Part shown: in pieces, positions 38,394-52,300 of the stretch
How positions within the stretch are numbered: position 1 is the stretch's first letter
How the letters are laid out: each line of letters begins with the position of its first letter
Source of the DNA: Balanoglossus misakiensis
Taxonomy: Eukaryota; Animalia; Hemichordata
Direction: 5' to 3'
Assembly (NCBI GenBank): GCA_040954595.2
Contig: CM082587.2
Location: 10,111,403-10,175,402, forward strand
Length of the DNA stretch: 64,000 nucleotides
The notes under the pieces: generated by a model
What the model saw: the letters and a program-made list of their open reading frames with translations, nothing else
Database searches by the model: none
What the model was told of the DNA's origin: nothing
Translations under genes and position numbers: made by a program

Positions 38394-38513
38394 GCCTACG
38401 GCCATACCACGTCGAATACACCGGTTCTCGTCCGATCACCGAAGTTAAGCTGCGTTGGGCGTGGTTAGTACTTGGATGGGTGACCGCCTGGGAATACCAC
38501 GTGCCGTAGGCTT
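38394..38513 (+). rRNA. 5S rRNA (copy 16)
   Basis: Matches array consensus. Confidence 0.97.
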
Positions 38514-39458
38514 GAATTTTTCCTTTTTCTTAACTTTTGCATTAAACAGTCTTCCTTTTTGTCGTCGTAAACGTCCATTTTTAATTATATTTTTTTTCTC
38601 CAAATTCTTTAATTCCATGATCATATATTTTTGTTGAACATAACTTCATAAACCGTTCTCTCCTGTATAACTCTAAGCTATAGGCGCTCGATGGACAACA
38701 TACAAATTACCAGGTCGGGCTCGGAGTGAGTAGTGTCCAGCTTACGTGAGTTCATAGTCGCAGAAACTCCAGCGGCTTTCAATTTTTGGTTTTTAAGTCC
38801 AATTTGGTGTATGATGTTAATATACCATTGGGACCTTATGGGGTCGGTTACATCTGTATGTCATAAACGTCATTTAAAAAAAAAAAAAATTCATCTTTCA
38901 AGTGTTTTGCATAACATGCCAAGACAAACCCGTTCCCTCCAATATAAGATAGGGACGGTAATTAATTGCAATAGGGGCCTAATAAACAGAGGATGGTCTA
39001 AAAGATATCGTTGGTGGTGCTATCCCGGACAGCCAGGGTCACGATGGGGTCACGTACGTCTATGATACCGCAAACAAGTCAACTCCACGCTAAATTCAAC
39101 CTGTCCGCCGGACTGGTAACTTTTTTACTATCAGTCTGATGGAAAAACAACCAGTCTCGGACTGTCGGACAGGCGTTATTTCGAATAGTGTGTCTTGCAT
39201 AACATACCAATATAGGCCTTAGATAGGGACGGTCGATCGGCCACACAAATTATCAGGTCATTATTTCTCCACTTTAATATGGTCACTTTTTGTAGGATAT
39301 AACAAGACAAAACCGCTCTCTCCCATATAAATTATAAGATCGGGTCGGTCAATCAGCTGGCCACGCACACAATTATCGTGCCGCGTGCTCTGTGTGTACG
39401 CCTATGTGTTAGTGAAGCTTCCGTTTGCTTAATAATTGTAGAAATTCAAGCAGTGTTT

Positions 39459-39577
39459 GCCTACGGCCATACCACGTCGAATACACCGGTTCTCGTCCGA
39501 TCACCGAAGTTAAGCGCGTTGGGCGTGGTTAATACTTGGATGGGTGACCGCCTAGGAATACCACGTGCCGTAGGCTT
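39459..39577 (+). pseudogene. 5S rRNA variant, probable pseudogene (copy 17)
   Basis: T58 deleted, G75A, G97A; flanking spacer also carries several private changes. Confidence 0.75.
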
Positions 39578-40521
39578 GAATTTTTCCTGTTTCTTAACTT
39601 TTGCATTAAACAGTCTTCCTTTTTGTCGTCGTAAACGTCCATTTTTAATTATATTTTTTTTCTCCAAATTCTGTAATTCCATGATCATATATTTTTGTTG
39701 AACGTAACTTCATAAACCGTTCTCTCCTGTATAACTCTAAGCTATAGGCGCTCGATGGACAACATACAAATTACCAGGTCGGGCTCGGAGTGAGTAGTGT
39801 CCAGCTTACGTGAGTTCATAGTCGCAGAAACTCCAGCGGCTTTCAATTTTTGTTTTTTAAGTCCAATTTGGTGTATGATGTTAATATACCATTGGGACCT
39901 TATGGGGTCGGTTATATCTGTATGTCATAAACGTCATTTTTAAAAAAAAAAATTCATCTTTCAAGTGTTTTGCATAACATGCCAAGACAAACCCGTTCCC
40001 TCCAATATAAGATAGGGACGGTAATTAATTGCAATAGGGGTCTAATAAACAGAGGATGGTCTAAAAGATATCGTTGGTGGTGCTATCCCGGACAGCCAGG
40101 GTCACGATGGGGTCACGTACGTCTATGATACCGCAAACAAGTCAACTCCACGCTAAATTCAACCTGTCCGCCGGACTGGTAACTTTTTTACTATCAGTCT
40201 GATGGAAAAACAACCAGTCTCGGACTGTCGGACAGGCGTTATTTCGAATAGTGTGTCTTGCATAACATACCAATATAGGCCTTAGATAGGGACGGTCGAT
40301 CGGCCACACAAATTATCAGGTCATTATTTCTCCACTTTAATATGGTCACTTTTTGTAGGATATAACAAGACAAAACCGCTCTCTCCCATATAAATTATAA
40401 GATCGGGTCGGTCAATCAGCTGGCCACGCACACAATTATCGTGCCGCGTGCTCTGTGTGTACGCCTATGTGTTAGTGAAGCTTCCGTTTGCTTAATAATC
40501 GTAGAAATTCAAGCAGTGTTT

Positions 40522-40641
40522 GCCTACGGCCATACCACGTCGAATACACCGGTTCTCGTCCGATCACCGAAGTTAAGCTGCGTTGGGCGTGGTTAGTACT
40601 TGGATGGGTGACCGCCTGGGAATACCACGTGCCGTAGGCTT
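40522..40641 (+). rRNA. 5S rRNA (copy 18)
   Basis: Matches array consensus. Confidence 0.97.
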
Positions 40642-41585
40642 GAATTTTTCCTGTTTCTTAACTTTTGCATTAAACAGTCTTCCTTTTTGTCGTCGTAAAC
40701 GTCCATTTTTAATTATATTTTTTTTCTCCAAATTCTTTAATTCCATGATCATATATTTTTGTTGAACATAACTTCATAAACCGTTCTCTCCTGTATAACT
40801 CTAAGCTATAGGCGCTCGATGGACAACATACAAATTACCAGGTCGGGCTCGGAGTGAGTAGTGTCCAGCTTACGTGAGTTCATAGTCGCAGAAACTCCAG
40901 CGGCTTTCAATTTTTGGTTTTTAAGTCCAATTTAGTGTATGATGTTAATATACCATTGGGACCTTATGGGGTCGGTTACATCTGTATGTCATAAACGTCA
41001 TTTTTTTAAAACAAAATTCATCTTTCAAGTGTTTTGCATAACATGCCAAGACAAACCCGTTCCCTCCAATATAAGATAGGGACGGTAATTAATTGCAATA
41101 GGGGCCTAATAAACAGAGGATGGTCTAAAAGATATCGTTGGTGGTGCTATCCCGGACAGCCAGGGTCACGATGGGGTCACGTACGTCTATGATACCGCAA
41201 ACAAGTCAACTCCACGCTAAATTCAACCTGTCCGCCGGACTGGTAACTTTTTTACTATCAGTCTGATGGAAAAACAACCAGTCTCGGACTGTCGGACAGG
41301 CGTTATTTCGAATAGTGTGTCTTGCATAACATACCAATATAGGCCTTAGATAGGGACGGTCGATCGGCCACACAAATTATCAGGTCATTATTTCTCCACT
41401 TTAATATGGTCACTTTTTGTAGGATATAACAAGACAAAACCGCTCTCTCCCATATAAATTATAAGATCGGGTCGGTCAATCAGCTGGCCACGCACACAAT
41501 TATCGTGCCGCGTGCTCTGTGTGTACGCCTATGTGTTAGTGAAGCTTCCGTTTGCTTAATAATCGTAGAAATTCAAGCAGTGTTT

Positions 41586-41705
41586 GCCTACGGCCATACC
41601 ACGTCGAATACACCGGTTCTCGTCCGATCACCGAAGTTAAGCTGCGTTGGGCGTGGTTAGTACTTGGATGGGTGACCGCCTGGGAATACCACGTGCCGTA
41701 GGCTT
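41586..41705 (+). rRNA. 5S rRNA (copy 19)
   Basis: Matches array consensus. Confidence 0.97.
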
Positions 41706-42649
41706 GAATTTTTCCTGTTTCTTAACTTTTGCATTAAACAGTCTTCCTTTTTGTCGTCGTAAACGTCCATTTTTAATTATATTTTTTTTCTCCAAATTCT
41801 TTAATTCCATGATCATATATTTTTGTTGAACATAACTTCATAAACCGTTCTCTCCTGTATAACTCTAAGCTATAGGCGCTCGATGGACAACATACAAATT
41901 ACCAGGTCGGGCTCGGAGTGAGTAGTGTCCAGCTTACGTGAGTTCATAGTCGCAGAAACTCCAGCGGCTTTCAATTTTTGGTTTTTAAGTCCAATTTAGT
42001 GTATGATGTTAATATACCATTGGGACCTTATGGGGTCGGTTACATCTGTATGTCATAAACGTCATTTTTTTAAAACAAAATTCATCTTTCAAGTGTTTTG
42101 CATAACATGCCAAGACAAACCCGTTCCCTCCAATATAAGATAGGGACGGTAATTAATTGCAATAGGGGCCTAATAAACAGAGGATGGTCTAAAAGATATC
42201 GTTGGTGGTGCTATCCCGGACAGCCAGGGTCACGATGGGGTCACGTACGTCTATGATACCGCAAACAAGTCAACTCCACGCTAAATTCAACCTGTCCGCC
42301 GGACTGGTAACTTTTTTACTATCAGTCTGATGGAAAAACAACCAGTCTCGGACTGTCGGACAGGCGTTATTTCGAATAGTGTGTCTTGCATAACATACCA
42401 ATATAGGCCTTAGATAGGGACGGTCGATCGGCCACACAAATTATCAGGTCATTATTTCTCCACTTTAATATGGTCACTTTTTGTAGGATATAACAAGACA
42501 AAACCGCTCTCTCCCATATAAATTATAAGATCGGGTCGGTCAATCAGCTGGCCACGCACACAATTATCGTGCCGCGTGCTCTGTGTGTACGCCTATGTGT
42601 TAGTGAAGCTTCCGTTTGCTTAATAATCGTAGAAATTCAAGCAGTATTT

Positions 42650-42769
42650 GCCTACGGCCATACCACGTCGAATACACCGGTTCTCGTCCGATCACCGAAG
42701 TTAAGCTGCGTTGGGCGTGGTTAGTACTTGGATGGGTGACCGCCTGGGAATACCAAGTGCCGTAGGCTT
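42650..42769 (+). rRNA. 5S rRNA (copy 20, C107A)
   Basis: Consensus except TACCAAGTG. Confidence 0.93.
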
Positions 42770-43713
42770 GAATTTTTCCTGTTTCTTAACTTTTGCATTA
42801 AACAGTCTTCCTTTTTGTCGTCGTAAACGTCCATTTTTAATTATATTTTTTTTCTCCAAATTCTTTAATTCCATGATCATATATTTTTGTTGAACATAAC
42901 TTCATAAACCGTTCTCTCCTGTATAACTCTAAGCTATAGGCGCTCGATGGACAACATACAAATTACCAGGTCGGGCTCGGAGTGAGTAGTGTCCAGCTTA
43001 CGTGAGTTCATAGTCGCAGAAACTCCAGCGGCTTTCAATTTTTGGTTTTTAAGTCCAATTTGGTGTATGATGTTAATATACCATTGGGACCCTATGGGGT
43101 CGGTTACATCTGTATGTCATAAACGTCATTTTTTTAAAACAAAATTCATCTTTCAAGTGTTTTGCATAACATGCCAAGACAAACCCGTTCCCTCCAATAT
43201 AAGATAGGGACGGTAATTAATTGCAATAGGGGCCTAATAAACAGAGGATGGTCTAAAAGATATCGTTGGTGGTGCTATCCCGGACAGCCAGGGTCACGAT
43301 GGGGTCACGTACGTCTATGATACCGCAAACAAGTCAACTCCACGCTAAATTCAACCTGTCCGCCGGACTGGTAACTTTTTTACTATCAGTCTGATGGAAA
43401 AACAACCAGTCTCGGACTGTCGGACAGGCGTTATTTCGAATAGTGTGTCTTGCATAACATACCAATATAGGCCTTAGATAGGGACGGTCGATCGGCCACA
43501 CAAATTATCAGGTCATTATTTCTCCACTTTAATATGGTCACTTTTTGTAGGATATAACAAGACAAAACCGCTCTCTCCCATATAAATTATAAGATCGGGT
43601 CGGTCAATCAGCTGGCCACGCACACAATTATCGTGCCGCGTGCTCTGTGTGTACGCCTATGTGTTAGTGAAGCTTCCGTTTGCTTAATAATCGTAGAAAT
43701 TCAAGCAGTGTTT

Positions 43714-43833
43714 GCCTACGGCCATACCACGTCGAATACACCGGTTCTCGTCCGATCACCGAAGTTAAGCTGCGTTGGGCGTGGTTAGTACTTGGATGGG
43801 TGACCGCCTGGGAATACCACGTGCCGTAGGCTT
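43714..43833 (+). rRNA. 5S rRNA (copy 21)
   Basis: Matches array consensus. Confidence 0.97.
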
Positions 43834-44778
43834 GAATTTTTCCTGTTTCTTAACTTTTGCATTAAACAGTCTTCCTTTTTGTCGTCGTAAACGTCCATTT
43901 TTAATTATATTTTTTTTTCTCCAAATTCTTTAATTCCATGATCATATATTTTTGTTGAACATAACTTCATAAACCGTTCTCTCCTGTATAACTCTAAGCT
44001 ATAGGCGCTCGATGGACAACATACAAATTACCAGGTCGGGCTCGGAGTGAGTAGTGTCCAGCTTACGTGAGTTCATAGTCGCAGAAACTCCAGCGGCTTT
44101 CAATTTTTGGTTTTTAAGTCCAATTTGGTGTATGATGTTAATATACCATTGGGACCCTATGGGGTCGGTTACATCTGTATGTCATAAACGTCATTTTTTT
44201 AAAACAAAATTCATCTTTCAAGTGTTTTGCATAACATGCCAAGACAAACCCGTTCCCTCCAATATAAGATAGGGACGGTAATTAATTGCAATAGGGGCCT
44301 AATAAACAGAGGATGGTCTAAAAGATATCGTTGGTGGTGCTATCCCGGACAGCCAGGGTCACGATGGGGTCACGTACGTCTATGATACCGCAAACAAGTC
44401 AACTCCACGCTAAATTCAACCTGTCCGCCGGACTGGTAACTTTTTTACTATCAGTCTGATGGAAAAACAACCAGTCTCGGACTGTCGGACAGGCGTTATT
44501 TCGAATAGTGTGTCTTGCATAACATACCAATATAGGCCTTAGATAGGGACGGTCGATCGGCCACACAAATTATCAGGTCATTATTTCTCCACTTTAATAT
44601 GGTCACTTTTTGTAGGATATAACAAGACAAAACCGCTCTCTCCCATATAAATTATAAGATCGGGTCGGTCAATCAGCTGGCCACGCACACAATTATCGTG
44701 CCGCGTGCTCTGTGTGTACGCCTATGTGTTAGTGAAGCTTCCGTTTGCTTAATAATCGTAGAAATTCAAGCAGTGTTT

Positions 44779-44898
44779 GCCTACGGCCATACCACGTCGA
44801 ATACACCGGTTCTCGTCCGATCACCGAAGTTAAGCTGCGTTGGGCGTGGTTAGTACTTGGATGGTTGACCGCCTGGGAATACCACGTGCCGTAGGCTT
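44779..44898 (+). rRNA. 5S rRNA (copy 22, G87T in box C)
   Basis: GGATGGTTGACC. Confidence 0.9.
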
Positions 44899-45737
44899 GA
44901 ATTTTTCCTGTTTCTTAACTTTTGCATTAAACAGTCTTCCTTTTTGTCGTCGTAAACGTCCATTTTTAATTATATTTTTTTTCTCCAAATTCTTTAATTC
45001 CATGATCATATATTTTTGTTGAACATAACTTCATAAACCGTTCTCTCCTGTATAACTCTAAGCTATAGGCGCTCGATGGACAACATACAAATTACCAGGT
45101 CGGGCTCGGAGTGAGTAGTGTCCAGCTTACGTGAGTTCATAGTCGCAGAAACTCCAGCGGCTTTCAATTTTTGGTTTTTAAGTCCAATTTGGTGTATGAT
45201 GTTAATATACCATTGGGACCCTATGGGGTCGGTTACATCTGTATGTCATAAACGTCATTTTTTCAAAAAAAAATTCATCTTTCAAGTGTTTTGCATAACA
45301 TGCCAAGACAAACCCGTTCCCTCCAATATAAGATAGGGACGGTAATTAATTGCAATAGGGGCCTAATAAACAGAGGATGGTCTAAAAGATATCGTTGGTG
45401 GTGCTATCCCGGACAGCCAGGGTCACGATGGGGTCACGTACGTCTATGATACCGCAAACAAGTCAACTCCACGCTAAATTCAACCTGTCCGCCGGACTGG
45501 TAACTTTTTTACTATCAGTCTGATGGAAAAACAACCAGTCTCGGACTGTCGGACAGGCGTTATTTCGAATAGTGTGTCTTGCATAACATACCAATATAGG
45601 CCTTAGATAGGGACGGTCGATCGGCCACACAAATTATCAGGTCATTATTTCTCCACTTTAATATGGTCACTTTTTGTAGGATATAACAAGACAAAACCGC
45701 TCTCTCCTTAATAATCGTAGAAATTCAAGCAGTGTTT

Positions 45738-45857
45738 GCCTACGGCCATACCACGTCGAATACACCGGTTCTCGTCCGATCACCGAAGTTAAGCTGCGTT
45801 GGGCGTGGTTAGTACTTGGATGGGTGACCGCCTGGGAATACCACGTGCCGTAGGCTT
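45738..45857 (+). rRNA. 5S rRNA (copy 23; 105-bp upstream spacer deletion)
   Basis: Gene matches consensus. Confidence 0.95.
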
Positions 45858-46801
45858 GAATTTTTCCTGTTTCTTAACTTTTGCATTAAACAGTCTTCCT
45901 TTTTGTCGTCGTAAACGTCCATTTTTAATTATATTTTTTTTCTCCAAATTCTTTAATTCCATGATCATATATTTTTGTTGAACATAACTTCATAAACCGT
46001 TCTCTCCTGTATAACTCTAAGCTATAGGCGCTCGATGGACAACATACAAATTACCAGGTCGGGCTCGGAGTGAGTAGTGTCCAGCTTACGTGAGTTCATA
46101 GTCGCAGAAACTCCAGCGGCTTTCAATTTTTGGTTTTTAAGTCCAATTTAGTGTATGATGTTAATATACCATTGGGACCCTATGGGGTCGGTTACATCTG
46201 TATGTCATAAACGTCATTTTTTAAAAACAAAATTCATCTTTCAAGTGTTTTGCATAACATGCCAAGACAAACCCGTTCCCTCCAATATAAGATAGGGACG
46301 GTAATTAATTGCAATAGGGGCCTAATAAACAGAGGATGGTCTAAAAGATATCGTTGGTGGTGCTATCCCGGACAGCCAGGGTCACGATGGGGTCACGTAC
46401 GTCTATGATACCGCAAACAAGTCAACTCCACGCTAAATTCAACCTGTCCGCCGGACTGGTAACTTTTTTACTATCAGTCTGATGGAAAAACAACCAGTCT
46501 CGGACTGTCGGACAGGCGTTATTTCGAATAGTGTGTCTTGCATAACATACCAATATAGGCCTTAGATAGGGACGGTCGATCGGCCACACAAATTATCAGG
46601 TCATTATTTCTCCACTTTAATATGGTCACTTTTTGTAGGATAGAACAAGACAAAACCGCTCTCTCCCATATAAATTATAAGATCGGGTCGGTCAATCAGC
46701 TGGCCACGCACACAATTATCGTGCCGCGTGCTCTGTGTGTACGCCTATGTGTTAGTGAAGCTTCCGTTTGCTTAATAATCGTAGAAATTCAAGCACTGTT
46801 T

Positions 46802-46921
46802 GCCTACGGCCATACCACGTCGAATACACCGGTTCTCGTCCGATCACCGAAGTTAAGCTGCGTTGGGCGTGGTTAGTACTTGGATGGGTGACCGCCTGGG
46901 AATACCACGTGCCGTAGGCTT
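46802..46921 (+). rRNA. 5S rRNA (copy 24)
   Basis: Matches array consensus. Confidence 0.97.
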
Positions 46922-47843
46922 GAATTTTTCCTGTTTCTTAACTTTTGCATTAAACAGTCTTCCTTTTTGTCGTCGTAAACGTCCATTTTTAATTATATTT
47001 TTTTTCTCCAAATTCTTTAATTCCATGATCATATATTTTTGTTGAACATAACTTCATAAACCGTTCTCTCCTGTATAACTCTAAGCTATAGGCGCTCGAT
47101 GGGGGCTCGGAGTGAGTAGTGTCCAGCTTACGTGAGTTCATAGTCGCAGAAACTCCAGCGGCTTTCAATTTTTGGTTTTTAAGTCCAATTTGGTGTATGA
47201 TGTTAATATACCATTGGGACCCTATGCGGTCGGTTACATCTGTATGTCATAAACGTCATTTTTTAAAAACAAAATTCATCTTTCAAGTGTTTTGCATAAC
47301 ATGCCAAGACAAACCCGTTCCCTCCAATATAAGATAGGGACGGTAATTAATTGCAATAGGGGCCTAATAAACAGAGGATGGTCTAAAAGATATCGTTGGT
47401 GGTGCTATCCCGGACAGCCAGGGTCACGATGGGGTCACGTACGTCTATGATACCGCAAACAAGTCAACTCCACGCTAAATTCAACCTGTCCGCCGGACTG
47501 GTAACTTTTTTACTATCAGTCTGATGGAAAAACAACCAGTCTCGGACTGTCGGACAGGCGTTATTTCGAATAGTGTGTCTTGCATAACATACCAATATAG
47601 GCCTTAGATAGGGACGGTCGATCGGCCACACAAATTATCAGGTCATTATTTCTCCACTTTAATATGGTCACTTTTTGTAGGATATAACAAGACAAAACCG
47701 CTCTCTCCCATATAAATTATAAGATCGGGTCGGTCAATCAGCTGGCCACGCACACAATTATCGTGCCGCGTGCTCTGTGTGTACGCCTATGTGTTAGTGA
47801 AGCTTCCGTTTGCTTAATAATCGTAGAAATTCAAGCAGTGTTT

Positions 47844-47963
47844 GCCTACGGCCATACCACGTCGAATACACCGGTTCTCGTCCGATCACCGAAGTTAAGC
47901 TGCGTTGGGCGTGGTTAGTACTTGGATTGGTGACCGCCTGGAAATACCACGTGCCGTAGGCTT
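47844..47963 (+). rRNA. 5S rRNA variant (copy 25, G85T and G99A), immediately 5' of the LINE
   Basis: GGATTGGTGACCGCCTGGAAAT; may be non-functional. Confidence 0.85.
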
Positions 47964-48373
47964 GAATTTTTCCTGTTTCTTAACTTTTGCATTAAACAGT
48001 CTTCCTTTTTGTCGTCGTAAACGTCCATTTTTAATTATATTTTTTTCTCCAAATTCTTTAATTCCATGATCATATATTTTTGTTGAACATAACTTCATAA
48101 ACCGTTCTCTCCTGTATAACTCTCTCCGGTTTATGACCAGCAGCGAGCTTAGATGTGCTGAGATTGTTTAGTTGTTTTTTTTTGCGTTATAATTCTTTTG
48201 CCGTCGTAATCACCGGTCATCGTGTCGTTTAGAAGTTCGTCGCCTGCTGTGTGCCGTTTCTAGTTACTGTGGTGGTAATTCTGAGAGGTTGGTGTGATTC
48301 TTGTTTTCCGTCGGTCGCCTTGCCGGTGTAGTGCTTGGACGCCATATTGGAACTTTCACTAGTGGCATTCACA

Positions 48374-49327
48374 ATGCCAGGACCGAAACCTTCAGGAGCC
48401 AGGCCGCGTTCAAACTCTCTCACCAAAAGACAGACAGCTAGATAACTGCGCCAGGACCAAGAGGTATGGACTTGTGAAGTATGTACAGAAAAATTTCCTG
48501 ACGCCAACGCGGAAATTGTGCAATGTGAATATTGCTCGAAGAACTTCTGTCGGGAATGTTTGGAACTGTCCGCTAACGACTATGAAATGTTTAAAAATCC
48601 CGTGCTTCATTGGTTCTGTTGCTCTTGCGAAGAGAAGGTGATGAAAAACATTCGAACTGACAGTGAAGTAGAAGCACGCTGTACAGCATTTCTAAAATCA
48701 ATGGAAGACAGAATCACCAATCTAGAAATCAGTATGAAGACCAAAGTCGATGAAGACAAAGTGAAAGCAGTTATAAAAGAGTACATTAATGTTGAAGGAC
48801 CCGCAAATGCCAACTCATTTGGCAACATCGATGAGTCGGTGAAAAAGAAAGTACAGGAACTTAGAGAGAGCACAGATAGAGAGAAGAATTTGATTATCTA
48901 CGGTGTTCCCGAGCAGATAAATCCTGATCCAGCCGGAAGAAAAATGGCAGATACTAAGGTACTTCGTGAATTTGCAGATGTGATAGAAGCTGACACCACA
49001 CAAATACAGAATGTAGTCCGAATTGGCAAAATCAGCAATTCACCTGAACTGGTCTCTAGCAGGCCCAGACCTATCAAAGTCTGCATGTCTGATGTATCTG
49101 CAAAAAAGCGTTTCATGAAATGTCTTCCCAAGCTACGAGAGGTTCCCTCTGGTAGCCTTTTCAAAAAAATATCAGTCACCCATGACATGACAAAGGAAGA
49201 ACGTGAAACAAACAAAAAACTACTGGCGGAGGCAAGAGAACTGAATGAAAAATCATCGGGGGACTTCCGTTTCCTGGTGAGGGGACCACCCTGGGAAAGA
49301 AAAATCATCAAAGTCAAAGGAAAGTAA
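48374..49327 (+). CDS. LINE ORF1 (PHD finger, coiled coil, RRM-like region) with in-frame TAA at 48443-48445
   Basis: From ATG 48374: MPGPKPSGARPRSNSLTKRQTAR*LRQDQEVWTCEVC...VQCEYC...FCREC...WFCCSC, in frame with the track ORF at 48518. NLIIYGVPE, RIGK, RPRPIKV and DMTKEER motifs are typical of LINE ORF1. Confidence 0.88.
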
Positions 49328-49329
49328 TT

Positions 49330-52300
49330 GTGAACGAAGAAAAAAACGCTGTAAATAGGAGTGTACATAGTCTTAATGGACAGGACTTACATGTTATTTA
49401 TACTAATGCTGACAGTCTACCTAATAAATTTGATGAACTCTTACAACGCTACATTAACAACAATGATGCAACAGCACCAGATATTATTGCCATCAGTGAA
49501 GTCTTACCCAAGAACTTGCGTTATACAATCAACCCATCTGAACTTGCTTTTGAAAATTATGAGCTATTCCCAAATGACTTTCCCAGCAAAGCAAAACGTG
49601 GAATCTTAATCTATGCCAAGAAGAAGCTGAACGCTCAACTTGTTGAATTTCATTCTGCTTTTGAAGAATGTGTGTGGATTAAAATTGACTTAAAAGATGC
49701 TGATAAACTTTTAATTGGCTGCGTTTACAGAAGCCCTTCATCCTCAGAAGTCAATCATAGCCATCTTTGTGATATGCTGAAGTCGATTTGCAATGATAGT
49801 GCCAATTTCACTCATTTAATCATCACAGGTGACTTTAATTACCCTGACATTGACTGGTCGTCCTGGACTGCAAAATGCAAAAATAGTGAATTGTTTCTCG
49901 AATGCTTGCGGGATTGTTATGTTCAGCAGATGATCACTGAACCAACCAGGACCAGAGTAAATCAGGAGCCATCCATTCTAGACCTATTAATTGTCAACGA
50001 TGAAAATTGCATCACTTCCATTGAACACGACAGTCCACTGGGATCTAGCGACCACTGTGTGCTGCGCTTTGATGTCAAGTGTTATACCATAAATAACTCC
50101 GCATCTACCACGCGTTACAACTACTCAAAAGCTGATATAATGGGAATTAAAACTGATCTGTCCATAGACTGGGAGCACTTACTACAGAACAAAACTACTG
50201 ACGATGCATATGATTTATTCATGGAAGTGAGGAATGCCACTATGAAGAAGAATGTTCCTGTAAAGTCATACCGACTTAATGCCTACAAGGATCGTCCGCC
50301 ATTGGACCCAAAAACTGTGAAATGTATAAAACGGAAACATAGGCTTTGGAAAAGATATATGGAATCTAGAGACCCTGTGAAATACCGTGAATACTGCAAG
50401 GCCAGGAATAAACTGAAGAGCATTGTCAAGAACGACAGAAAAGCACGTGAGAAAAGTATAGCGGAATCTACCAAAACTAACTGTAAAATCTTCTGGCACT
50501 ACGTCAACTCAAAGAGGAAAGTAAAATCAGGAATCTCAGAGCTTCAAGTTACTGAAAATGGGCAGCTGCTCACTGCAAATAGTGATAAAGAGAAAGCAGA
50601 ATTTCTGGCCAACTTCTTCAGCAGTGTTTTCTCCTCTGAAGACGAGAGCATTGACAATTTTCCAGTTCTCAACGGCAACCACGAAGACATCATCTCCAGT
50701 GACAGTCCTTTTACAAAGTTAGAAGTAAGGAAATTCCTTCTGCATCTTGATGTGACAAAATCTCCTGGCCCTGATGGAGTTCATCCCAAAATTTTGAATG
50801 CACTTGCTTACATTATTGATTTACCACTTACTATTATTTTCAACAAATCCTTCTTTTCTGGTGTTGTACCGAAAGCTTGGAAAGAAGCTCAAATATCAGC
50901 GCTCTTCAAGAAGGGAAACAAGAAATCTCCGTCTAATTACAGACCTATCAGCTTGACCAGTATCATTTGTAAGACAATGGAGAAACTTGTTCGAAAGAAA
51001 ATCGTCTCGCATATGGATAAACATGATCTATTCAGTAACAAGCAGTTTGGTTTCATAAGTGGTAGATCAACTACATTACAACTTCTCAAAGTCCTGGATC
51101 ACTGGACCAGTATTCTTGACGATGGTGGTATAATAAACGCTGTGTATATGGATTTTATGAAGGCATTTGATAAGGTTTCTCATAAACGTCTCCTTGTCAA
51201 GTTAACCCATTACGGTATTAGCCCCACAACCTGCAACTGGATTCAGGAGTTCTTGAGAAACCGCAGTCAACGTGTTTGTGTGAATGGCCAATTTTCCTCG
51301 TGGCACCATGTTATTAGTGGTGTCCCGCAAGGATCTGTACTCGGACCCATCCTATTTGTTATTTTCATTAACGATCTACCTGATTGTGTAGCATCCAATG
51401 TATATTTATTTGCTGACGACACAAAAATCTACAATGTGATCAAGACAGCTGCTGACTCATCACAAATTCAGAGTGACTTATCTCGTCTTTCCCATTGGAG
51501 CAACGATTGGCTGCTTAAATTTCACCCTGACAAGTGCAAAGTTTTACCAATTCATAGCAAAAATAAGTCAACAAATACTACTTCTTACAATATGTGCCGT
51601 CCAGATGGAACAAATACCACTTTAGAAATTGTTAAGTATGAAAAAGACATTGGCGTCATAGTGGACAGTAACCTAAATTTTGAGAAGCACATCCAAACCC
51701 AAGTGAACAAAGCCAATAAAATTGTTGGACTCATCAGGAGAACTTTTAACTATCTCAATAACGACATTTTCAAGCTACTATTTATAGCTTTAGTTCGCCC
51801 TATTCTGGAATATGGCGGTTGTGTGTGGAATCCGCATAAAGCAAAGGATATTGACTGTATTGAGAACGTTCAACGCAGAGCAACTAAACTGCTGCCCGGA
51901 CTCAAAAATATTTCTTATGAAGAACGTCTCAAGTTACTTGATCTGCCATCACTTTCATATCGAAGACTACGTGGCGACCTCATTGAAACTTTTAAAATCT
52001 TGAGTGGCGTTTATGACTGCCGTGTATCGGAAGGACTATTCAGTCTCAGTTCACACAAACACACCAGAGGTCATCCGTTTAAAGTTGACATAGGACACTG
52101 CAAACTGAACACTAGAAGAAATTTTTTCACAAATAGGATAGCTGCAATCTGGAACAACCTACCAGCCCAAGTTGTCACCGCAAACTCTGTGAACACCTTC
52201 AAGAATCGTCTTGACATTTTTCTGGCAACACAGCCAATGAAATACATTACTCCGAACCCTACATCATGCAAACCAGATCGGACAAAACTACCTCCACAAT

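Noticed and set aside
48898-49368. 156-aa antisense ORF in the LINE
   Set aside because: Antisense shadow of ORF1 with no motif support.
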